From Pelomyxa schiedti (lineage: Eukaryota > Protista > Evosea), in assembly GCA_020536535.1 (NCBI GenBank), contig JAHLWZ010000910.1:1-50641 (forward strand): a stretch of 50,641 nucleotides of DNA, written 5' to 3'. Numbering within the stretch: the stretch's first letter is position 1; every line of letters starts with the position of its first letter. Below, in pieces: positions 1 to 10,079 of the stretch. A program made the translations under genes and the position numbers. The notes under the pieces are model-generated. The model saw nothing but the letters and a program-made list of their open reading frames with translations, made no database searches and was not told the DNA's origin.

Positions 1-91
1 CCTCCCCGCTGCTGCCCAGCCCCCCCAGAGCCGCCCCCTCGTCTCCGTCGCCGTCTCCATCGTAGTACCCCGCACCGTCAGAGTCACTCAT
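1..91 (-). CDS. 5' end of a gene running off the window start (MSDSDGAGYYDGDGDGDEGAALGGLGSSGE...)
   Basis: ATG at 91 on the minus strand in an A-rich context (AAAATAA-ATG), open to the window edge. It encodes an acidic Gly-rich low-complexity N-terminus like other first exons in this window. No family assignment is possible. Confidence 0.5.
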   Translation of the reverse strand, partial: MSDSDGAGYYDGDGDGDEGAALGGLGSSGE

Positions 92-140
92 TTATTTTCC
101 TTTTTTTTGCTTCCCTCGGGCAGCATTCGCATAAAACCAA

Positions 141-2131
141 ATGGCGTGGGCTTCGGCACTGAGACGGTACAGCGAGGAACACGCGGCGCGGCCACGCGAC
201 GAGGAGCGAGACGAAGAGGACATACGGCGCCAGATGAGGGCGATGCTGTCGAGCGGTACATCGGTCTGCACGGTTCCCACAACGAGTGACCGTGGCGACC
301 CCGGGCCAACATCAACCACCACTTTCAACGCAACAACTTCATCAACAAGACCTGGAACTGCCACTACGGGGGGGATGCCCATGGACGGCGGGGCGAAACC
401 AATAAAGGGCCCCGCGCCGATTCCACGGTTCTACTTTGGGAAAAAACCACCTGCACGTATCTCTTGCACTCATGGGACATGATGGGGGAGGTCTTTTTTT
501 GAGCAAGTACCTTTCTGTGACGTTGGATGACAGGCAAAATCTGATTCTGAGGGGACATCTCTGGAGCGAAATGTCAGAGAACTCATGGACTTCCATATGA
601 GAAATCTGGCTAGCGAATTCGTAGCCAATTGGTGTGCACTATCTCCAAGTGATGTGGACTCCATGATGGATTTGCTAATGAAGAGATCTGACACCTATGA
701 GGGCGAGTCATGTGTGAGTTTTTTCTCCCCCTTCTTCATCTCTATTGCCAGGCACAGTAAAACTTTAATTGCTTTATCATGAATTCTCCATTCACTAGTT
801 ATCATTTCTTAGTTGGACTACGATACTTTTAAGCAAGTTGGGGCAGAGCTGGGTCATCGTTACCAGCCATACTTTACAGCATCTGTATTTGCATCTCTGC
901 CTCACGATCACTATGCTCGCATTTCTCTTAAACAGTTCCACGAGTTTGTGACCGAGTCAGGTAATCTCATCTCCCCCTTTCTTACTGTACTTAAATTTCT
1001 TTCACAGAGAAAGCTGTCTCCATTCTTTCAGAACTTATCAGATTCGATTCAACTGGTTCAGGTTTTCTTCAGGAGCAGGTATGAGCTCCTTTCTCCCAGT
1101 GTAACATCGTATGAGAGCTCACACCTTCTAGGACCTTCAACGATGCATTCAATCCTTACTTCCTTCCATCTCTGGACTTTCAAACATTCTCACCATGGAA
1201 CGAGAAGAATACTCTATGTATGCTGCTCGTCATTTCTTCTTTTTAGAGAAAACTTTTGGGGATGGTAAGTGTTCTTGGGATTGCTCCTACCCGTCAACTT
1301 CACTCAGGTAAACTCCCGCTGGTTCAAGCTGCATCTTGTGACTCCATGACAAGTCTGCATCTTCTACGTAACTATGTCCCTAGCTTCGATCAAGCATTTC
1401 TCGATTCCTCCAACAATTGGTTTACATTACAAAACTTCAGGCGACGTAGAGGTAATTGTTCCCCAAACAACTTTTCCTTGGCCTTACAATTGTGGCAGAG
1501 CTGTTCAAAAGACTGGATACAAACAGAAATGGTACCCTCAGTCAGTCCGAATTGCTAGGATACAGTACGGGGATAACAAAAGAGTTTGTTCAACAACTCT
1601 TCCAGAACATTCCCCTATCTCGTAACAGGGAAATGGTACTACCATCCCTTCATCCCTGGCTCTTCTTCAATTGACCTTTTCTATCAGACATACTCTTCAT
1701 TTCTGGACTTTGTGCTGGCAATGGAAAATAAGAAAAATCCACAGGCACTTTCCTATTTTTTCCGGGTTCTTGATTTAAACAAAGTCGGATTCTTGAGCAG
1801 CTTCAATCTCAACGTATTTTATAAGGTATGAACGTTGATTCCATTAAAATGCTTTTTTTCAGTTGTTCTTACGCAAACACAAAACAACAAACTATGTACA
1901 TAACAGGGTGTGTACAATAAATTAGAAATACGACGGTATGAAACACAAGGCAATGATCCAACACCATGGTTTGATGACGTGAGAGACGAGTTATTTGACA
2001 TGGTGAAGCCGAAGGATCCTTTGCATATCACAATGCAGGACTTATTGAATTGTGGGATGTGTGACGTGTTTGTGGGGGTGCTTATTGATGCCGATGTTTT
2101 CACTGTTTATGACCAGAGGTTTTGCTCGTAA
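141..2131 (+). CDS. PPP2R3C: Protein phosphatase 2A regulatory subunit B''-gamma (PPP2R3C / TON2-FASS-like), multi-exon
   Basis: Exon translations: IPRFYF, EF-hand FKRLDTNRNGTLSQSEL, FLDFVLAMENKKNPQALSYFFRVLDL, and FDDVRDELFDMVKPKDPLHITMQDLLN...VLIDADVFTVYDQR. These match the remembered B''-gamma consensus (YLDFVLALENRKEPAALQYIFKLLD; VKDEIFDMVKPKDPLKISLQDLIN). TAA at 2129-2131. The start ATG is a best guess. Confidence 0.88.
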
Positions 2132-2244
2132 AAAGAGAAAGAAAAAGAAAAAATGAAGCGATTTGAAACCCCTTGTATTTTAGTGTTTCTTCTTTCCCCT
2201 GAAGTTTGTGTGAGTAAACCAGATAAAAATTCACATGGATTATT

Positions 2245-5200
2245 AGCTACCTTCCCTTCCTCTTTTGGCTGGAGGACTCGGGCTTTTCAGGCTTCTCTTT
2301 GTTGCTGTTGCTTTTTGCATCCACTTTCTCCTCAGGTTTTGCAGCAACTTGGGGCTCTGTGTGACTCGTATGTTCCTCCCTGGGTTTTGAGTCTGAGTGT
2401 GAATCACCACTAGAATCAGGGTCTCTGCGTGGCGGGGGTGCCGCGGCTGATTGTGCAGGGGGGCTTATAAGCCCTTTTGGTGTCTGCAGGGTGGCTATAA
2501 CGATAGTAGTGTTGGAATTAGTGCCGGCATACAGTTTTCTCGATTATCATATCCAAAAATGCGGACCACGATATTTTGGTACAAGTGATGTCTGGATCCG
2601 GCTTGGATGTATCTATAACGAGTGCTAGCTCGGCTTGCTTGACGTTTTCCACTATGTTCATGCGGCACAGCTGTAACAAATCAGTCATGACCCATAGTGA
2701 GCAAGTGTTCGTTTCGTACCTTCATGAGAGTGGCAGCATGGGAAAACTTTTCTCTATCACGTTTGAACATGTCTGAAACCCATACGTTTTTTCCAACATT
2801 GACGGTGGGGCTCCTGATGCCGAAACCTTCTTCAGATAGCCAGTGACCAGCTGCAATGCTTTCATCAACCCACTCCTTTTTGATTACCCTAAGGGTTGAA
2901 TGTTACTTTGTTATGGTTTTGCTTTTTTGGAAATGTGAGAACCATCTTTTCAGAAGCCTAGCAGCCATTGCCTTCATTGTCTTGATTCCCACGTCGGGCA
3001 CAACGACATGCGTTATTGAATTGTCCCATTGTGGTGTATCTCGGACTTCTCCACCAAGTTTCTGAACTTTACCTGTAAGGTCCTTCTTTGGAATATCGTC
3101 CTTGAACCCAGAGAAGTTGACAACCACTGTTTTTGTGAAAACACGGCTAAAGGCTTAATGGAGGTAACCTCTGGGACTTTTGTTAACAGGTGCTATTGCG
3201 ATTTTTTCTGTGTGAGGCCTCTCAATTTCGGATGACGATAGCTTCTATGAAATTCTCAGTAGAGGGCAGGGAGTGCCATAAATACATACCTCGGAAGAGT
3301 GTTCTGTTCGTTTCCCATCAGGTGATTGTGATGAAGACCTGTCTGTTTCGCCAGGCTGTGGTGATGCCGGTTTTGGTTCGGTTCGTGGTTTTTTGGGTGG
3401 TGGTGCTACAGGCTTTTCAGAAAGATCTGTTGTCCCAGGCAATTGAGAGGGTGAGACAGGCAAAGGTACTTCTCGATTGCCTCTGTTGTAAGTATTAGAG
3501 GTCACCTGGTAGTTTGGCACTCACGGTGGAGGTCGTTTTGGCGAGGAGGGCTCAACAGCAACTGCTACAGCGGGAGAAACATGTGGTAAACGTCGTTTTT
3601 GATCTGGCTGTGGTAATGGAGAAGCCTCGGTATGCACCAACTTCTTCTGCATAACAGAAAGTGCCACATTTTTGGACTCCAACTCTACGTTCTGAAGCTA
3701 CGTAAGGAATTCCCGATTCAAAAGTGCAAAAGAAATACTTTAAGTTCCAATGCTCTTGTTTGTGTCTGTAATCTACTTTGGAGCTCATGCAACTGCGTTT
3801 CTCTTTCATCTAAACTATCCTTCATGGTCTCGTTATCATGAGCCAGATGCTTCATTTTTTCTTTGAGCGTCGCCAACTCTCCATCTTTATCCCTTGGAGA
3901 AAGTGAACGAAAAACCTCTTTGGGTTCCAGTCTTTTTACACTGTACAACACTTACTTGATCTTCAGCTCAAGTTCGTCCACTGCGGTTGAAGTACGTTGT
4001 TGCCCTTCTACTTCCGATAGTTTTTGTAATGTACGGTCATGTGTTTTTTTCATGCAAGTTAGTTCTACTTCTTGGAGTCGGTTCTTCACTAGGTCAGAAA
4101 GTTGTAATAAGGTTGTGCAATTAGTAACTCGTTCTTGTAGCTGCTCCTTTTCCGATGTTATTTGTTGCAGGGTCTTCTCTGATTTTTCGAAATCAGTCTT
4201 AAGTCTGGATAGTTCCATTTCATGAGATGATATTTGGAGTTTCATTGTCTGTGGCTATGAGATCGTTGACTGTAAATTGGAGAAAAACCTGAGTCTCTCC
4301 TTGGAGTGATTCAATTGTCTTTTGGGAAGTAGCGAGATCAATTTCACGTTGTTGCAGGGCTTCTGTCAAATTTTGAATCTAGAGATATATAAGTAACAAA
4401 GGTGATAAGCAGTGGAGCAACTTTATGGGATTGCAAAGGATCCTCCCTTGTGTCGATGAGATTGAAATTTTTTGAAGCAAAGGAAGGAAATACTTTGGGT
4501 TGGTCTCGAGTCTCTCCACTTTTTCATGGTAACTCTTGCACGAGTCCTTTAGAGAAGATATCTCAGACTCAAGTGCTAACAACTGCGATGAAGCCTTCTT
4601 ATAATCGTCAGACAGGCTGAAAAGAATGAATGTTGACATAATCGAGGTACATTGAATACCTTCTCTTCTGTGCAGTCAAGAGAGTGATACTTTGAACGTG
4701 TTCTTCATTTGCACACTTTAATGTCTGGATTTCAGCTTCCTAAAAAAACCTCAGATTGCCAATAATTTGTAAGATACCTGTTGCCTCTGAGCATCCGCAA
4801 GTTGATCGTTCTCACGTTTCATTTGGTTCACAACTTTGGAAAGTTCTTCTTGTGTAGCAGTGGAAAGGTTGAGTTCCTCCTGGTGGATGTCACAATACCT
4901 TTGAATGAAAGAGGTCGTTCACCTTCAATGCTGCTTCACTCTGTTTGAGCTGGAAATTCACCTTTTTCTCCTGTTTAAGTTCAGCTTTGATAGTAGCAGT
5001 TTCTTGCTCAAGGCTGTCAATTTTTATCTATTTGTAAACATGAATCATGATATTTAGGCTTCGAATCATAGGTTCCTTATATTCTTTGATGCTTGTTTCT
5101 AATTCTGCTTTAAATGTATCTGCCTTGGTTAATTTCCTTGGAGAAGTCAGTAGTTCATGAGGTTCATAATAATGTGCCTTTTCAACATATCGATTTCTTG

Positions 5201-8200
5201 CTGGGCAGGTGCAAACTGCTGTTCAGCTTGGTGCGTTTTAGAAATGAATTCCTCCAACTGGGAGCGTAATCCCTGTTCACGGTTTGCGGCATGAAGATTT
5301 TCTGCTTTTGCTTCAGCGACTTGTTTTTCGGTATCCTTTTTTTCCCCAAAGAAGCTGTCATCAAAGAAGGCAATCATCTCTTACCTTCAGAGAGCATTTC
5401 AAGTGCTCAGTCATTGTCTCTTTTTGTTGCAGAAGCAAAGTCAACTCTTCAATGTGCTTGGTGCGTATTTCTATCTGTTCTCTGGATTTCTTAACATAAA
5501 ATGAAAAACAAGCAATAACCAACAGGCTACTCCTACCTCCATTTGGGAAGTAATCTGGGCAATTTCATTCTGGAGATGTAGCAGTTTAGATTCTTGTGCA
5601 GATATCTCCTCTAGGGAACTCCTCTATACGGATTTAATATATTAACCAGGTAACAATCACCCTTACCTCCTTTTCCTTCATTTGGTCCTGAAGAACGGAC
5701 AGCCTGTCCGTTAGCATTGCGTTTGTATTGTGCAGGGCTTCTTTTTCATTTTTAAGGGTAGTTACAGCTTCTTCTTGTGAAGAGATTACAGAGAGCCTCT
5801 ACCTCAATATTAAACAGGGGAAGGGGAAAAAACCCATGACACCACACCTGGGTACACTTATTTTCAACTTCAGTCAATTGCTTTGTTAGTTTGTGCACAG
5901 TGGCTTCACTGTCCAACAATTTTCCTTCTGAAACACTTGAAGCCTCAGATTGCTTCTCCAGTTTCTCTTGCAACAGACGGTACTCTGCCTGGAGTTGGGC
6001 ATATTTACTGTTTTCTTCCTGCAATGTGTATTCGTGTTCCTTTTGGCTGGTGACAGCACCATCTCTAATTATGGATATCTTGTACTCCAACTCACTACAA
6101 TACTTCTGCTTTTCCATCAAATTATGTTCTAGCTCCTCGACTTTCGTTTCAGCCTCCATTAACTTTTGCCTCAGTTGTACTAAAGATTCCTCTTGCTTTT
6201 GGGTAAGCTCCACCACACAACGCTCTTCCCGACTGAGCTTTGCTTGTAAATTGTCCTTTTCTTCTCGTACTTGTCGGACCTCTTCTTGTGCTCGCTGCAG
6301 TTGTAGATGACTATTTTGTTGTTCTTCTGTCAGCAAATTTTGTAGCCGGGAGATTTCTTCTTGCATTCCGGCAGCCTCTAACTTGTGCCGCTCACCCTCT
6401 GAGGTATATCTGATTTCCATATCCAGAGTTTTTTGTGTGAGATGCTTGACCTGTTCATCAAGCTCCTGTGCTTTTGTTTGGGCTTTTACTGTCAAAACAT
6501 CAAGATGGGTCTTCTCATTGCTGAATTCAGTTCTCATGGAAGAGAGTTTCTCCTGTTTACAAGTGTGAAAAGAAAAGTAGTGGCAGACACTCAAAACGGT
6601 ACCTTCATCTCTTCCAGTTGTTTTTGGAGCTCCACAATTTCCTTTTTGTGCTCTTCTTCTGTCTTATGAAGAGCTTGTAACTGGGCTGAAATTAATTAGA
6701 TCAAATTATGTTAAGGAATTCCTTACAATCTCTCTCTGCCACATTATCAGAAAGAGATTTAATGCTACTTAGTAGTTCAGTGTTTTCCGTGGTGGCATTC
6801 TGTAGAGAAATCCTGGAAAGAAGATCACTTTGTGCCCCAAAAAAGAGTGTTATCCTACTTTAGGTTCTCATTTGTTGTATTCACGACTCCCAAGTGAGCT
6901 TTGGTAGATGTCAGTTCCTCACATAACTTTTCTTTCTCAGATATGGTATCTTGAGTTCTAGACAATTGTTGTAAGGAAAAAACCAACCTGACAAGCTGAA
7001 GTTAAAATACTTGGAGTTTTGATAGTAGTCCAACTCAGTTTGGAGCCTTGAGATTTCTCTTCTTAGCCCTGTGATGTCAGAAGTCCTTCCTTCCTTCTCA
7101 GCCAAAGCTAACTTGGTCACTGCTTCCTCCTTCTCTTGTTGGGCTTGACAGAGAGCTTTTTGTTCCCCAAAGAAAAAATAATCTTTAGTGGATTATAAAA
7201 AATAATCAAGCCTACAGGTCCCAAGATTTTGATTTGCCTGTTGCAGATTAAGCATACTCTGTTCCAAAGCAAGTTTGGAGTCAGTATTTTCTTGGTAGAA
7301 TGTCAAATCGAAGAAAGAATTGATAGTACAACCCTTGGCAGTCTCTTTTAGTGCTAATATTTCCCTCTGAAGCTGCTCTATTGCTCTCCTGTGATCCTCT
7401 TGTATTCTTATTGAATCTTATTTTTATTGAGACCACATAATGCAAGGGAGGAATAACCTTCTTTTTCTCTTTGCAGTTCATTCTTTAAATCTAGCAATTG
7501 ACAATGCGAATTTTGAAGATCTTATCAAAGTAATCAACCCATTTTACATAAAAGAAAAAGGATACTGGATTGTAATGTTTCTCTTTCAAGACATATATCC
7601 TCTTTTATGTGTACAGTGTTATGGAGTTGCTGTCTTAGCTCTTGTGCCAAATTGAATTATATACGAAATGGCGTCAAATCACTTACCTTGAATTTCTTTT
7701 TCTTTTGCCTCCAGATGAAGGAAAGATTCTTGCTGTAACTTAGTATATTCTGGAAATGTAAGATTAAGCTACTAAAGAGGAACAACCTGCTAATACTGTT
7801 TCCTTTTCCTGCAACTCATTGCTTTGGAGTGTTGTGCCACCATTCACCTGGGATTTCAGTAGGGTATTTTCCTTCATATTGTTGATAAATTTCCACTGGA
7901 ACTTTAAAAATACTTGATGCAGAGACTCTATTTCTCTTTCTAGTTGTGTCATTTGTTCCCTATGAACCAAGAACTTCTAAGGGGAAAAAAAAACAACAAC
8001 ACAAGAGGAGTTCTTGCCTCATACTATCATCTGATTGCAGATGGGCTTGTGCTTGCTCCAGCTTCTCAACCTGGGTAACAAGCTCTGAGATTTGTTGTCT
8101 TTGCTGTTCCAGAACTTTTGCTTGTGCGTTGCATTTTGCATAATTCATTTCTGAATGAAAATAAACAAAGAGTTCAGGTAGATGAGAACTTACCTTCATC

Positions 8201-9989
8201 TCTCCCCAACAAGCGCATCTGGTAATCTTTGGAGAATCAAATAAATGTAAAGTGAGCTCAGTAGTGATTTACCATTGCATTTAGTTTGAAGTGCCTCAAT
8301 TTCTTGTTGCATTGCACTCACCTGTTCCTGTAGAATTCGAATTTGGGTTTTTTCGGCATTCTCCACAGAAGAGGGACTATTTGCTGCTGGATCACACAAA
8401 TGTGCTAGGGGGGAAATGGCTGGGGGGCTTCTGGATATTGTTTGATGGGTGTATGGAGTTCTTCTCGCCAAGAGTGTTGGTGGTGTCTGAGATTGGGAGA
8501 AGGAGCGGAATGGGTGCACTGGAGTGCGTCCTGGGGACAACTGGGGAGGTAAAGGAGAAAAGGGTAACAGGGGGGACTGTGGTGGGGTGGAAAGTGACAG
8601 GGTTGTTGTGGGTGAGGCTGGGGGTGTATGATGCCTTATTGTTGGAGAGTCTGGAGGTGTAAGGTGCCGAGGAGTCTCCTTGGCAGAGGTTGTTCGTGTC
8701 AGAAGAGTACTCATTACCAACCCACTGGTCTTTCCCTGTGGAGATAGTGGTGGTGTGTAACACGAGGTGCGGTCATCTGTAGGTTGTTCTGAAGCGCCTG
8801 TCTTCACCACCACAGTTCCAACAGCAGCAGTGTCGACAGCAGTGGGTTCCAGTTTCTTTGCCAGTGGTGTGCAGTCATCCATTGGCACATCCCCTGCCTC
8901 CATTGTCACATCCACTGCTGTGCTAGCAATTGCTGATGATGAGGAGGCTGCCGCAGTATCTGCTGCCACTGTGGGAGTCTCTGTTACTGTATCTGATTTT
9001 GTATCCATTTCCTTATCTGCCAGTGCCACTGCCGAAGTGTCCTCTGTTCCTGTAGAACTAGTGATGCATGATGGTGTTGTTGTTGCAGTGGGGACAACCT
9101 CAGCCACAGGTGTGTTGGCACTGGCAGCATCGTCTGTGATGGCGGGCGTGGTGGTTTCGCTACTGGCCAAAGGCACCAGCGGCTGTTGTTGTTGTTGCTG
9201 CTGCTGTTGTGACGTGGTCTCCCTCTGTGACGAGCCCCCCTCCTCGTCTTGGTTGCACTGCTGTGTGTTGGTGGTGGTGGTGGTAGCGACGTGGCTGTCC
9301 TGCTGGTGGTCTACAGGTTCCCCTTGTTGCTGCTGTTGTGGCTGCTGCTCCGGCTCAGTTGCTGCGGGGAGTGGCTCGGGTTGAACAGGAGGCGAGGGCT
9401 GGGGGGCGGGGGTAAGGTCGGTGCTGCAATGGTCGGGAGTGTCGGCCACGATAGTCGTGGCCTCGGCGGCGGTGGTCGTGGTTGTGTTTGTTGCTGTTGC
9501 TGCTGTTGTTGCCGTCTCGTCGATCTGCTGCTGCTGCTGCTCTTGTTGTGCTGTTTCTGGTTTGGCGGGGGGTTCGTCGTGGGTGCGGGGGCTGTCGACG
9601 AGGAATGGCACATCCGGTGCATCGATCGGGGCAGCTGTCGGAGTGTCGCTGGGGGTGGCTGCTGCTGAGCCGGTAGCGGTGGTGGGAAGTGCATCGCCGT
9701 CGCCGGGCTCCAACGGAGGAGGCGCTGCGGCGTGCAAGGACGGTGGGGGCGATGATGACAGGACCCCGGGTTCCGTTGTGTTGTCGCCTGTTGGCAGAGA
9801 ACTCGCGGGGGTGGTTGTTGTTGAGGTAACAGCCCCCTGCTCCTCCTGCCCCACATCCTGTGGTGGTTGAGGTTGAGGTTGTGCGTTGGGGGTTGGTGTC
9901 TCTTGTTGCTTCTCGGGTTCCAAGTCTGTCATGGTGTCTTTCGGTTCCTCCGACGGCTGCTGCTGCGCGTCGTCCTTGTTGTCGCACAT
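2245..9989 (-). CDS. Very large protein: intronless P/T/Q/A-rich N-terminus, long coiled coil, C-terminal BRCT domain(s); multi-exon
   Basis: ATG at 9989 (MCDNKDDAQQQ). Heptad E/K/Q/L-rich exons span ~3550-8270. BRCT signature VVNFSGF...VQKLGGEV...ITHVVVP...KTMKAMAARLLKRW and EWVDESIAAGHWLSEEGFG lies at ~2820-3127. A probable second degenerate BRCT ends in WSAFLDMII. The last exon frame is ambiguous, with the stop at ~2243-2249. Confidence 0.75.
2530..3127 (-). other. BRCT domain region (one clear, one probable)
   Basis: FSG/LGG/THVV/W..ES...G.W.E pattern in translated exons. Confidence 0.75.
9180..9550 (-). repeat. CAG/CAA trinucleotide runs encoding poly-Gln, plus poly-Thr tracts
   Basis: (TGT/TGC)n runs on + at ~9183-9210, ~9265-9280 and ~9490-9550. 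They translate to QQQQQQQQ and TTTT tracts in the 634-aa ORF. Confidence 0.85.
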
Positions 9990-10079
9990 GTTGCCTACAG
10001 ATCTTGATAGCGCGATATTGATTTTTTTTTTTGTCTTTTCCAACGGTCTGTTGCGATCCCAAAGGCGCCAAGAAGAGGA
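9990..10079. promoter_or_regulatory. Putative 90-bp bidirectional promoter with a poly(T) tract
   Basis: Lies between divergent ATGs at 9989 (-) and 10080 (+) and contains a T-tract of about 11 nt at ~10022-10032. Confidence 0.55.

Noticed and set aside
285-300. RGD tripeptide (SDRGDP) in the same window as an integrin-like gene
   Set aside because: It lies in the low-complexity N-terminus of a cytosolic PP2A subunit, so it is a chance occurrence. I saw no RGD in the translated parts of the EGF receptor, but the scan was not exhaustive.
3245-3290. EVCIYGTPCP resembling a PBZ/CCCH zinc finger upstream of the BRCT
   Set aside because: It begins exactly at a GAG|GTATGT donor and ends at a TAG acceptor, so it is most likely intron read-through.
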